This document shows positions 27,113-41,142 of a DNA stretch of 64,000 nt, piece after piece. The DNA is taken from NCBI GenBank assembly GCA_012295275.1, contig CM022667.1:16430001-16494000 (forward strand), read 5' to 3'. The DNA is from Chrysomallon squamiferum (Eukaryota > Animalia > Mollusca). Below the pieces are notes generated by a model. It was not told where the DNA came from. It made no database searches and was given only the letters and a program-made list of their open reading frames with translations. Within the stretch, counting starts at the first letter, position 1. Every line of letters begins with the position of its first letter. A program made the translations under genes and the position numbers.

Positions 27113-30100
27113 ATACAATCCAGAAACTTTACATAAGCAATTATTGTTACCGTTTTTATTATTGTTTATTATTATTTTACACGTTAAGACCAAATCACTC
27201 ACTGTCTGTGTCCACAGCTCGGATGAATCCTTTTATTTCCTGTATTGACGGCCTCTGTCCAAGGGAGATCATCACTGTGCCCAGCTCTTCAGTAGTGATC
27301 ATTCCATCCCCGTTCTTATCGAACATTTTAAACGTTTCTCTCAGCTCTGAAAAATTCACATTTCTCACACACTTCAGTTTATTAATGAATATAATTATAA
27401 GGCCAGTTATACTTCAAAAATATTGTCATACTTAGGATCGTTTCTGCAGTTTATATGGTATAATATTGTTTCAAAAGACTGAGATTTGTGGATTTATTCT
27501 TGGCTATTAAAAAAAAAAAAAAGTTGAAAAAAAAGTATTCCATATGGATGATATTATTAATTTAACTATCTTCTGATGTGAATTAAGCGTTACCTCTCGT
27601 GAATCTATAAAAAATATGATTATCACGAGCAGTGTAATATAGTTGATAGATTTAAGTGAGTATCAAATTATTATTTTTTCCAATTTCACGTTTTCATCAT
27701 CATCATCATCATCATCATCATTATTATTATTATTAACCAACCTCTCTCTTTCTGTCTCTTCCTCTTTCCCCCTCTCACACATTTCTTTCTTTTTTCCTCT
27801 ACTCACGAGTGTTAACCACGATGTTACGCACGAACTCACTTTCTCATATTATTATATCCTTTGCATCGCCTTTTATCAGTATATTAATTGACCTAATTAG
27901 CGCAATATTGTGGATAATCATTTAATAAGATAAGATGAACGTAGCAACAGTTAAACGTAAAGCATCGGTGGTCTAGTGGTAGAATACTCGCCTGCCACGC
28001 GGGTGACCCGGGTTCGATTCCCGGTCGATGCAAATGTGATTACAATTTTCTTTTAAATTTTAGTTTATATATTTTATATACCTTGAATTTTTTCTTCTGA
28101 AAATATATGTTTCTTCGCATAACCCTTCTGTTTTCTTTTTTCTCTTTGTATCTGTCTTTGTGCCTGAAATAATAAAAAAATAAAACTTATTCTGCACGTC
28201 ACAAAATGTCCGTATATCGCTGAAGGCCGCTCATCTCGAGCCCACAAAAAAAAGGTACCACTGTACACAAATGTTAAGTCTACCGATATAAACGCGTAGG
28301 CATCGTAAATGCTTCTGATGAGCGTAAATTTTAGGGAAATATATAATAGATAGTTAAAACATGAAAAACTCCAAAAATTATAAGTTATGTAATTTTTGCA
28401 CGTTTGTGTCTGGATAATAATTCATAAATAGTTATATATGTTTAGGCTTTATTTCTCCCGCTTTTTAATGTTTTGCGTTTCTGTTTTCTTTTATATCTAT
28501 TATAGGAATATTATCAATGAAAACAGAACAAATTTCATGTTTTGTTCTTGTTTTTTTTTAATTGTTTTTTTTTAAATTGTTTTTATTGTTTTTATTTTAT
28601 TCTTTGTTACTGCAAATGAACTTTATAGCAGCTATTTCAGCGCATTCATAATGACTGTTTCCTGCAAATTCCAGTTACATCATAACTGTCAGTTATGCTG
28701 ACACAACTAATTTGAAGTGCTTGTAAATATATCCATAGGTGAAGTACTTGTAAATATAATAATGTGATTAATCACAATCCAAGAAGCATTTATCACTGAC
28801 CAAAACCTCAACCTAAAACAAACCGACACATAAAAAAAAAAAAAAATAATAATAATAATAATAATAATAAAAAACAAATTAAATCCAGAAAAGTGACGCT
28901 GTTAATAACTGTTAATAATTATCAGAAAGCGTTGTTAAACCAATATTCATCCGTCCATTCATCCTTCCATTTCATCCTTTCAATCACTCTTTCTTTCTTT
29001 CATCCTTCCATCCTTACTTCTTTCCTTCCTTTCTTTTTTCCCTCTCTTTATTATCCTCTTTCATTCTTTATTTCCTCCCTTCGTTCATTATTTTCTTCCT
29101 TCAGTCAGTCTGGTGTAATGTAAAATATTTTTACAGATGACCGTACAACATTTTTACATGCTGTCGTATCTGCTAACTGTCAGAAAAGTATCTCTTGTCT
29201 GACTGATTACAGAGATTTCAGAACAGAGCATAAAGCTATCACCGAATTTCTAATTTACATTTCTCTTCTTGGTATGTATTTTCAGTTAGCATCAGTTTCC
29301 CTGCAGCTTCTTTCAAAGTACGTAAAAGATATATTATCAGCCAAGCAGAATGGAACAGGAACATTACTATAATATTGTCAGTTTTGATTTAATGGAATAT
29401 TTGATAACGCTGTACGTTGAAATGTGGTGTAGGTTAATTCTTTTAACTTTGGTCCGTTTTTTATAAACAGTTTTTATTTTGCGTATGTGACGATATATAT
29501 GTTTGTATGTGAATGTATTTGTGTGTGTATGCGTGTGCATGTGTGCGTGCGTGCGTGTGTGTCTGTTTGTCTATCTATCTCTCCATCCATTTCTCTAAGT
29601 CCTTTCTCTGTTTCTCTCACTTTTGCCTCTTCTGTACTATATGTACATGTATACTGAACATTGATATTTAAGATCTATGTGTGTGTTCTTCAGTTCTTTA
29701 ATTTTTAATAGCAACAGTATTATCATAATTCAGGAAATAAATCGCTATATTTCATGTATATACGCACTTACTTGAATTATCTACATTTAAAATCTACATA
29801 TGTTGTTACCATAACACTTCGCAACCTATAGCAATAATCGCAGAATGCTTTAAAAGTTAAAACTTAATCTAATTCCAACTCTGCTGTTATCTCGTATCTA
29901 TTAACTACAGGTCTTGAGTCAGCTGAGTTCAAAAATAGAATGGGTAACCCACTAAGAATAGTGTATTTTAGCTCTGAGCTATTTTAAAACCTCAGCTAGT
30001 TGCCAGCTGTACGTGTTTATCCAGTCATGTAGTTTCCAGATCCTAGATTACTTAAGATATAATTTAAACTGATCTTTTCCTACAGATTGCAGGGCAACCA

Positions 30101-30661
30101 TAAATTACACAACTCTCTTTATAATAACAGACTTAACGCCTGTGCAAGAATGATGAACTACTCGTGTAAAGAATAAGGTACTTGAGTTCAGCGTACGTGT
30201 AACTTCACTGTTATTATCGTTCATTATAAGTTGTTTTTCTCTGGACTGTTGTACCACTGGTAATAAATTAGTACTGATCATCTAATTATATCTTTAAATT
30301 GTCTTTAAAATCTGTTCTACAAATGTCTTTAATGTTGTTAACTGCCTATGTTATTGGGAAAATTTACGACTCCTGTTGATAGTAGTGATTAATAATTTTA
30401 ATAGTAGTAGTTGTAGGAGCTGTAGTAGTAATAGCAGCAGTAGTGGTTGAAGCAGAATGATAATGGTAATATTTCCACTAATTATAATAATAATATAATA
30501 CTATAAATGTTTCTACTACTACTACTTCTACTACTATTAATATTATTTGTAGTACAGTTACTGTTGCTATTGTTACTACAATTACTATCACTACTACTAG
30601 CACTGCTAGTAATACTGCAGGTAGCGCTAATACGTACAGCTAAAACAGCGGTTATTTTTCT

Positions 30662-30759
<98 letters not shown>

Positions 30760-31804
30760 TAAATATAATGCCGTCATAAGTATATTAATTATATATTTAG
30801 TTGAACGGTTTACATTCTCTGTATATTTATTTATTTAAGTGAGCAATCACAGCATAACTACTAAAATAAGTAATTCACTCTGGCTACATCTGAAAATTGA
30901 GCTATGAACCGTTCTCTCAACATCCATATGGTTTCTATTTTACATCAGCGTTTCTGGCAACATTAAAAGAAAGCCATTAGCGATACTGCACTCTCGGTTA
31001 ACCGTACAAATAGTTGTTTTAATGAAAGATTATCAAGGAACGTAAATTGAAAAAAAATCAGAAACGACAGGAGGTGTAATTCATCAAAATGCACGGGATG
31101 ACCAACAGCTATAAGACAGTTAAGTACTGTTAACTTCTATATTGTATTGCCGGTTTTCTTCAGTAGTTTTCATTAGTAAAGGTTATCAGAATGTAAATAA
31201 CACATGCAATATGCCCATACACTAAAACTTATATACATACATGCAGACACACTCGTATCACAAACATATACATACATAGATACACACATTATATATATAT
31301 AATACATATATTCATAAATACATAAATACATACATACGCACATATAAATACATACATACATATATACACACACCCATATATACATACAGTCAGACGAAAA
31401 CATTTTAAAAAAAAAATACTTACGTACACACATAATAAACACACACACGCACATCACTTTGTTTCGTATCCAGTTATTCCTTTCAAAGAAGTGTCAAAGA
31501 CTGTGCTCTTAAGTAATAATTTGTAGTGTAATGGAAGGTGCATTCAGAATATATTTGCAACTCAAAATTTTTCGTAAATTTTACAAAATAAAACTAATTT
31601 AAAATTACGTTAATAATGAATATGAGATTGTAACAAAATTTGGACCTAATCATTCACAAAAGCTTACATCAGAAATACCTAATCACTTCTTAAATTATAA
31701 CTTTCAGAAAAAAAAACCCAAAACAACACATCAACCAAAAAACAACAACAACACACACACAAGAAAAACACAATACAACATAAAATATAAAATACACTTA
31801 CCAT
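25605..31804 (-). CDS. Calmodulin-like protein, copy B, complete (~165 aa); exons ATG 31804-31802, 28163-28082, 27346-27203, 26837-26662, 26195-26132, 25633-25605
   Basis: ATG|GTAAGT donor at 31802/31801 matches the phase-0 acceptor at 28163; an intron right after ATG is typical of calmodulin-family genes. Four EF hands as in copy A. The first-exon assignment is an inference. Confidence 0.88.
27962..28032 (+). tRNA. tRNA-Gly(GCC), intronic antisense
   Basis: Identical to 5405-5475. Confidence 0.93.
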
Positions 31805-33463
31805 AATCTCTAACGAATCTGGAGTTTCCTAGTCTACAAACTATTCTACGCAATTTTAATCCTCTGCGTTCACCATTACCGAACATCCACAGAAAGAAAT
31901 AAATGTTTTTATTCCAAGCTCAAGAGGCAGACATTTCTGTATGTTTGTGTTTTTGAGTTTTCTTCGAGTAACGGTTATTAACGATGCCGCCGCAATGATT
32001 CGGTGTAATCCGAAACGAGCGTAACCTGTACAGGTTTTCGACGGGAGCTACAGATGTAGCGTGAGGTGGGAGGAGCTTAGATGTCGACAGAGAGAAATCG
32101 GTCCTTTCGTAATACTTCGTGTTCTTTCGGAATACAGCAACAAAACAAGTATCTGGAGGAATGATATACTTTATAACACATTCCTGAACATTACTACTGT
32201 TGTTACTATTAGTTTTACAGTTACTAGTACTGTTATTACTACTAGTAGTACTACTACTACTACTACTACTACTAACATTAGCATTACTACTACTATTATC
32301 TCCACTGTAACTACTACCTCTGTTCCTACTAATATTACTATTCATATTATTATTACTTCTACTACTGCTATTACTACAATTACTACAACTACCCATATTT
32401 TTATTATTACTGCGATTAACAACAACAGAACTGCAGAAAACAATAAATAATAAATACATTTAATTAATTAATTTATTTTTTGATTAATTAATTAATTAAT
32501 TAATTAATTAATTTATTTATTTATTTATTTATTTATTTATTTGTCTGTTGTTAAATCTTGCTACTGGTTCTTATATATATTTTCATTTTAGCTTTAAAAT
32601 TTAATTATTCAAAGTGAAAACGTAGTACTAACAGGGGAAGAAAAAAAAAAAAAAAAAACGATAGCAAATTATTTTTACGTTATTCTTTCCTTCTACATCT
32701 GGAGAGACCCCAAAAGCGATTTTAGTCAATATTACTTCAAAATTTTCTGAAAATCTGAGATGTGGTTACCCAGACCTCGTTGATGCTTGCGGAGGCCCTC
32801 ACCTAACTGTTCAAGTTTCAGGCCCAAGACATGTAGGTACGCCATTGTCCACAACAAATATTATTTCAAAGCACCGAAAAGCCGGGGTGGGTGGGTGGGA
32901 AATTACCAGTACGAATGTATAATTATATTTTTAGCTAACCCATCAATATTAAGAAACAATTATGACAATAAGATAACAGTTTGACCCTGAAGCTGTTACG
33001 TCATTACATGTCATTAAGTAACTGTAAATATGGAGAATATATTTCGGTTTTGTTCGGATTACCAAAAACATACATACTAGTTACAGACACAGTTCGGTGT
33101 AGTTTTCACTCTAACTGTAAGTAACTATGGGAAAGATGATATCTCACTGCAATCCTTCATAAAAGATACATTAAATTGTTAAAAAAATGTTTGATTTAAC
33201 ATATTAATACTGCTTCAAACAGAGCCCGGAATTTTCTGAAATGAGCTGAAATAATTTTAATTAATTATTGCTTTTGAATAAAAGGATACTTTACAAATAG
33301 TAAAATACTACGTACAAGATAGGTACAGTGTGACGTCATATCAGGGAATCAATTAAAAATTATTATAATATGATATATATTGAACTTTCTCGAAATCTCA
33401 TTAATAAATGTGGAACTTGCGTTAGAATGAAAACATGACTAATTTTCATAAGGTATACAAAAT

Positions 33464-33561
<98 letters not shown>

Positions 33562-33780
33562 CACACTTTTCTGCATGTGAGGCAGACTTTGTATTTATAT
33601 ACTGAGTTAAAATAAAAAGCTAGAATCTGCAGAGCATTAATAAAACAAATTATGACTTTTCCTTTTTATTTTTATTTTTTTAATTTATTAATGGCCTATG
33701 TTAAAGCATATATAAATATATATATTTAGAATCTTAAGGATTAAAATGATCAGATTAACTCGGAACATTTAAACCGTGAA

Positions 33781-33828
33781 GCATCTGTGGATTAGTGGTT
33801 TCCCCGGGTTCAGTTCCCGCTCGATGCA
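33781..33828 (+). pseudogene. tRNA-Gly pseudogene lacking the anticodon arm
   Basis: gcatctgtggattagtggt...ccgggttcagttcccgctcgatgca: retains the 5' and 3' ends and the cgtgaa leader; middle deleted. Confidence 0.7.
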
Positions 33829-34611
33829 CATATTTTGCTTCCAATCTTGATAGTTTTGTATTTTATTTTTGTTGCCAATCTTATACTTATGAATATATCT
33901 CGATGATTGCAAACAGCAGCAACAGTGACAACTAATTAACATTCCAGTATGAATAAAGTTATTAATTAAAAAAAAAAAAAAAAAAAAAAAAAGTAATTAA
34001 TATACAAGGATTATTATGAATATGGAGCTGCGGCTTGAAAACTGTTTCTGCTGTTAAAAGTAATAATTCGAGCACCCTGTACGAAAATAATAATAAAAAT
34101 CCAACAAACAACCAAAGGAAAAAAACAATTATGTTAATTATTTAATCGGCTATTATATTATTTAGAAGACAAGTAGTCGCAGTAGTAACAAATAAATAAA
34201 TACATTTGTGATATCTACAAATACCCTCTTTCTTAAACTGTTTTAGAAAGAAGCAAATAGAATGTTGTTTATCATTTTAACATAGACAATAATGATTGTA
34301 ATTTTAAGATTCTACAGATATTTTATTTTGACTTTTATTTTGTTATTACATATATTAGTTTTAACAGTTATGTATTTTTATATAATTGTACTAATTCTGC
34401 GTCGAAACTCCTAGAACTGAAGAGATTTAGTAAGTGAACTGATCATTTTCAAATTATTAATTACAGCGAAATTCTTTAGCCTGACTAACGTGTGCTTTTT
34501 TTCTTTATTTCTTATTGGTTATTTTTGCCTGACTGATCAAATTAAAATGGAATAGGTAACTAAATTACCGATTACGATGATAAGATTAACATAAAAAGTT
34601 AGTAACGTGAA

Positions 34612-34682
34612 GCATCAGGGGTCTAGTGGTAGAATACTCGCCTGCCACGCGGCTGACCCGGGTTCGATTCTCGTTCGATGCA
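34612..34682 (+). pseudogene. tRNA-Gly(GCC) probable pseudogene
   Basis: Full length, with substitutions vs the intact copies (T8>G in the A-box; mismatches in the acceptor, anticodon and T stems). Confidence 0.8.
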
Positions 34683-34711
34683 GTTTGATAATGCTGACGT
34701 GCACCACTAAA

Positions 34712-37016
34712 GTGTAACTTTTTTAAATGTATATACGCCAAATAATAATGAAGAAAGAATTTGATATTTTAAAATATTATGTAAATTTGTGGATTTTGAA
34801 AATACAGTAATAGCAGGAGATTTTAATGCAATTTTAGATCCGAATTTAGACTTAGTATGAAAAGTTGTAATGAATTACAGTCAGTTATTTTTAATTATAA
34901 TTTAGTAGACATTTGGCGTTATAGAAATCCAGATAAAAGACAGTTTACTAGATCTCAAATTGTTGAAAAAAATATTAAACAGTCAAGAATATATTGATTT
35001 ATATTTAATTTGTAGAAATGTATTAAAGTTTCTAAGTAATGTAGACATATTCTATACGTTTGAAATAGATTTTTCTCGTGTAGAGAGAGGTCAAGGTATT
35101 CGGATCTTTAATTGTTGAAAGATGAACGTTTTTGTAACGTTTTGTTGAAATAATTAATAATGCTTCTAATTGTCCTTTCTTACAGAATGAACCTACTCTT
35201 GGGTGGGATAACTTAAAATAGAAAGTGAAAACACTTGCAATATATCTTGCAATAAATAAGAGAAAATTAGACGAGAAGTATTTTAATATACAAAATGCTT
35301 TAAAACGACAATATGCTAAACTAGCTGTACATAAAGATCATGATTTGAGTAACACACAAATTTTAGAAGAAAAGTTAAAATTAATTAAAAGGTCTAAATG
35401 TAATCTAAATGTAAGCTGAATGGATTCTAGATATGGATAGAAACACGTTGTTTTTTCTAAGTTTAGAAAAAACAAAACATGAATCAAATTCTAATAAAGA
35501 ACTAAAATCAGTAAATGGATTAACTTGAAAAACGGAAGATATATTAGAATTTGCTTATGACTTTTATTCGAAATTATTTACACAAAACATGTAGATATTA
35601 TTAAAGAGGAAGAAGTAATAAATTTAATATCAAATAAACTAAAGGAATCTGAAAGTGAAAACTGTGTGACAGACATTACAATTAAAGAATTAACGAAACT
35701 TTAAAAGAAATGAATAGAAATGAATCACCTGGTATGGATGTCTAACTGTTGAATTTTATGTTAAATTCTGGGAAAATTTGAAATGTTTTTATTCATAAAG
35801 TAGTTATGTCAATTCAAAAAGAAGAGATGTTGTCACGTAGTATGAAAAAAGGGGTAATTGGTCTATTTTACAAGAAAAAAGAAGGTAAAGCTGACCTTCA
35901 AATTTTCAGACCTATCAGTCCTTTAAATGTACATTATAAAATTATTTCTAAAGTTCTTGCAAATCGTCTTAAACAAGTAATGTCAACTATTATTTCATCA
36001 GAACAAACCTGTTGTGTAAAAGGAAGAGATATTGCTGACAATATTATGTCAGTAAGAGATATTACAGATATTGTTGAGTTAAATGATATTGAAGGGTGTA
36101 TTGTCAAAATTGATAGCATGTTACATAGTTTTATTTTAAAAGTTCTGAAAAAAATTCAGATTTGGTGATAAACATATAACGTAGATTAAAATATAATGTA
36201 ATGATATAAAAGGCTGTCAAGATTAATTAACATTTAACACCTTTTTTCAATATTACAAGAGGGGTTAGACAAGGACGCCCAGTACCAAGGGTGACTTATG
36301 TTACTGTACCTGAATCCTTAAATAGTTTAATTTGAAAAAAAAGAGGAAAAAAAAAGACATATCATGAATGGAATTAGAATAACAAATGAATTTAATTCTT
36401 TATTATTTCAGCATGCAGCTGATACTACTGTAAGTGTTTGTGATGCTCCCTTTTGCAGCTGTAGCTGAAACTATTCAAGAAAAATATCCAGAATTACCCC
36501 CAAAACAAATTTGTGTTTCTAACAGTGTTATACTAAAATCACTTCCAGATAAATGGAAAACTTGATATAACAGAAATGATTAACGATTAACACCTAATAC
36601 AAATTTATTTCTGTTTCATAATAATGAAATGCTAAATGTCAGTACATTTACAGTTAAAATAATTTATTCTATTTTACTTTCAAAATTTTTTAAATCCACT
36701 ACTTGTGAAGAAAAATGGATTGAACATGGTTTTAATATATTCTGGAGACCAGTTTCGAAATGGATACGCTACAGTGATAAATTCACTGAATTTATTGACT
36801 TAGATTTTAGAACAGCTCATCATTTGATATATACATATATAGTAAATTATATAGCTATGCCAAAATCTCATCTAGTATATATCCAATTTGCTTGAAGGAG
36901 GATGAAGATTTGTGTATTTGTTTTCTGTATTCTATGTAAATAATTATAATAAACAAAATCACACTGTTACATTATTCTACAATATAGAGTATGTAAAAAA
37001 AAAAAAAAAAAAAAAA
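34712..37016 (+). mobile_element. Decayed 5'-truncated Tx1/L1 ORF2 (APE endonuclease + reverse transcriptase) with A-rich tail
   Basis: Motifs across frames: NVYTP, VIAGDFNAILD, DIWRYRNP, SPGMD, FRPISPLNVHYKIISKVLANRLK, EQTCCVKGRDIADNI, GVRQG, QHAADT (degenerate YADD). Many stops and frameshifts; poly(A) at ~36995-37016. Confidence 0.88.
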
Positions 37017-38385
37017 TTAATATTTATATTTAAAAGAATGAATAGACCGTGTTGAAAAAATAAATAAAAAACAAAATAAAAAATAAAAAGTAACAAAAAA
37101 TATGATCTATTAGCAATTTGTTACAACATGTAACGTTGTCAGTCATCTACAAAACAGAATTACCACTATATATAAAATTATCTTCCACAGCTACAAAACA
37201 GTCACAAACTTTAAAAAGAAGACGGTAATAAAAATACAATATTTTAAGGAAAGTAACTATATATATATTAATTACTAGTGGATATGGATAATATAAAATC
37301 TGGATAAATAATTACAATAAAATACCACACACTTTTACATTATTTTACAAGACAGTACAAAATTTAAAAATGAAAAAAGATGATAATAAAAAATATCATA
37401 TTTTAAGAAAACTAATTATGGTTAATTAAGCAAAAAATGTTATTTATTAACTTATGATTATAATATTTCGATCTTAAAACAATATGAGATAATATTTCGA
37501 TCTTAAAACAATCAATAAGGTATTATTTCTGTAGTTCAATGTATAATAATCATTTATTTTGAAATTATAGTTGTTAAATAACACAATGCAAGTTACATTA
37601 TGGAATAAAGTATCTAACAATATTATATAGCTTAAAAATTTAAGTATCCAGCAATGAAAATTTTTCTACTATATTTTAATTATTGTAATAGAATCTCACT
37701 TTATTTGTGATTTTTCTTTTTATTGTATTAGAAATTTAAAATGTATTCTAGGTAAAATATTAGTATATATTTAAAAGATAAGGTTTACCATATTTATTAC
37801 TTTTTTCCAACTTAAAATATTTACAATTAACACTCTGTAACAACATGAAAAATGGAATGAGCTTGGTTTTAATATATTCTGGAGACCAGTTTCGAAATGG
37901 ATACACTACAGTGATAAATTCACTGAATTTATTGACTTAGATTTTAGAACAGCTCATCATTTGATATATACATATAGTAAATTATATAGCTATGCCAAAA
38001 TCTCATCTAGTATATATCCAATTTGCTTGAAGGAGGATGAAGATTTGTGTATTTGTTTTCTGTATTCTATGTAAATAATTATAATAAACAATATCACACT
38101 GTTACATTATTCTACAATATAGAGTATGTAAAATATAAAACAAAATAGTTAATATTTATATTTAAAAGAATGAATAGACTGTGTTGAAAAAATAAATAAT
38201 AAACAAAATAAAAAATAAAAAGTAACAAAAAATAAGATCTATTAGCAATTTGTTACAACATGTAACGTTGTCAGTCATCTACAAAACAGAATTACCACTA
38301 TATATAAAATTATCTTCCACAGCTACAAAACAGTCACAAACTTTAAAAAGAAGACGGTAATAAAAATACAATATTTTAAGGAAAG

Positions 38386-38431
<46 letters not shown>

Positions 38432-39430
38432 TTACTAGTGGATATGGATAATATAAAATCTGGATAAATAATTACAATAAAATACCACACACTTTTACAT
38501 TATTCTACAAGACAGTACAAAATTTAAAAATGAAAAAAGATGATAATAAAAAATATCATATTTTAAGAAAACTAATTATGGTTAATTAAGCAAAAAATGT
38601 TATTATTAGTTTATTATAACTACATTTGAGATAATATTTAGATGTTAAAACAATCAATAAGGTATTATTTCTGTAGTTCAATGTATAATAATCATTTATT
38701 TTGAATAACACAATGTAAGTTACATTATGGAATAAAGTATATCATTTATTTTGAAATCATAGTTCTTAAATAACACAATGCAAGTTACATTATGGAATAA
38801 AGTATATCATTTATTTTGAAATTATAGTTCTTAAATAACATAATGCAAGTTACATTATGGAATAAAGTATATCATTTATTTTGAAATTATAGTTCTTAAA
38901 TAACACAATGCAAGTTACATTATGGAATAAAGTATATCATTTATTTTGAAATTATAGTTCTTAAATAACACAATGCAAGTTACATTATGGAATAAAGTAT
39001 ATCATTTATTTTGAAATTATAGTTCTTAAATAACACAATGCAAGTTACATTATGGAATAAAGTATATCATTTATTTTGAAATTATAGTTCTTAAATAACA
39101 CAATGCAAGTTACATTATGGAATAAAGTATATCATTTATTTTGAAATTATAGTTCTTAAATAACACAATGCAAGTTACATTATGGAATAAAGTATCTAAC
39201 AACATTATATAGTTCAAAAAAATTTAAGCATGCAGCAATGAAATTTTTTCTACTATAATTTAATTATTGTAATAGAATCTCACTTTATTTATGATTTTTC
39301 TTTTTATTGTATTAGAAATTTAAAATGTATTCTAGGTAAAATATTAATATATATTTAAAAGATAAGGTTTACCATATTTATTACTTTTTTCCAACTTAAA
39401 ATATTTACAATTAACACTCTGTAACAACAT
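36728..39430 (+). repeat. Local tandem duplication (~1.1 kb; 36728-37845 vs 37864-39430) of the LINE 3' end plus flank
   Basis: tggttttaatatattctggagaccag starts both copies; both end near ttaacactctgtaacaacat. Confidence 0.9.
38691..39195 (+). repeat. 65-bp minisatellite, 7 full copies plus 1 truncated
   Basis: Unit atcatttattttgaaattatagttcttaaataacacaatgcaagttacattatggaataaagtat starts at 38741, 38806, 38871, 38936, 39001, 39066 and 39131. Confidence 0.95.
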
Positions 39431-40149
39431 ATAATGTTGTCAGTCATCTACAAAACAGAATTATCACTATATATAATTATCTTCCCTGCTACAAAATAGC
39501 TGAAACTTAAAAAAGGAAATGATAATAACAATGTAATATTTTAAAAATAAAACACTGCTCTAAATGTTAACAATTCAAATTTGTTTCATTAAATTTTCTG
39601 TAATATTAACAGAAATATTCTATGTATACTATTTAAAATATAAAATACATCCGAGTTTAAGGTACATTTAAAACAATGAATATATTATTACTGTAATAGA
39701 AATAACTGCTTACTAAAACTTAGCTATAGAGGACCGAAGGGTAGGGGTGCTGAAATATAAATGTCAGCTTTCAAGTTAGATTAGTTATCTAAGTTCTCAT
39801 TTTATTACCTTGCTCCAATTATCAATTTTTCATCCTTATCATTTCAGTAAACCATAAAAACTCATAAACAATACATCACTTCTTTTAAAATTTCAAATTC
39901 AATGACAGTGCTTAAAAAAAAAAAATAATAATAATAAAAATCAACAGGAGCATTATAAAGTTGCATGTTAAAGATAATAACATAATAAAAAAGGCTGCTT
40001 TTTGTTCAGATTGTCGGCTGTTACTGTTTTTCATTCTCTCTCTTCTCAGATCAGTGGTTCGCCTTGTTGACATTTTCTGTGTAATATACTGCATACAGTT
40101 ATCTATTACATGTAATCCTACTCTTATTTATACTGTATTATTCCAAAGT

Positions 40150-40210
<61 letters not shown>

Positions 40211-40655
40211 ACGCACACACACACACACACTACAGATATAGGTTTGCACCCATGTGCTTTAAAAAAATCTAAAAAAATATTATTTAAAATAATTTATCTC
40301 CAAATTCAAAGAAAATAAAAACGCTAAATAAAAAGAATAGTAAATAAAGTACATATGATTACAGTAGGTAATCGCTCAATGTTAATCTTATGACAATTGC
40401 TTCCGTGTTACCCAAGCTACACAAAAATAAATCAATGAGAATAATTTTTCTCAGATTTTCATAAATCTGCCACAATCAACAAGCTGTCTTTTTTAATGTA
40501 CTATTACTGATTTATCGGTTTCAAAATAAAATTTGTAAGTACACAAAATCTGTTGTTCACATGTGTTCAGAATCAACGACGTCTTTTTATGATATGATTA
40601 CAATTTCATTTGCCAAGATACTTGAAAAAATGGGTGCTACTGTATAATAGAAGTG

Positions 40656-40703
40656 AACCTTTCATTAGAAAGCCTTCCAAGATAGCCTTTCTAATGAAAG
40701 GTT
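40656..40703. repeat. Perfect 17-bp inverted repeat with a 14-nt spacer
   Basis: AACCTTTCATTAGAAAG (40656-40672) / CTTTCTAATGAAAGGTT (40687-40703). Confidence 0.9.
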
Positions 40704-40863
40704 GAAATTTTCAGTGTTGACTATGAAAAATTCATTAAACTTCTGAAACTTAATTCAGTAAAACATATTTCCTAGAATGACAGCATCAAAATACAAACCA
40801 TTAAGACGTCATTTAACACAAACACACATAATATTATCCATATACATAATTTATAAACATTAA

Positions 40864-40906
<43 letters not shown>

Positions 40907-41142
40907 TTCTGTGGGTTTTTTATGTTCGAAAGTGTACTTAGATGAAAGAATGGCTTTAATTTATAGAAAATTCACAAATATTAAATGGCGATGTTAATAC
41001 AAATACTAAATGGTAATACTAAAAGACATTTAATTTATAATTATTATATCATTTTCGCCTTCACAGATTTCATTTCTATATGAGATTTTGGTTTATATCA
41101 TATTCATCCATTGCTATATCAAAAGTGTGTACAGATTATTAT

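Larger units (their letters stand above)
23666..31358 (+). repeat. Segmental duplication copy B
   Basis: Matches 1033-8783 and continues into unique sequence holding the ATG exon. Confidence 0.95.

Noticed and set aside
25605-31804. Canonical calmodulin
   Set aside because: Far more divergent than the near-invariant animal CaM and N-terminally extended, so called CaM-like only.
31920-32459. Ser/Asn-rich (minus) or Thr-rich mucin-like (plus) ORF as a shell-matrix protein
   Set aside because: Explained by degenerate (ACT/ATT)n trinucleotide repeats next to the CaM-like promoter; no signal peptide or splice support.
38691-39195. CRISPR-like array
   Set aside because: Units are identical head-to-tail with no unique spacers; eukaryotic context and no cas genes.
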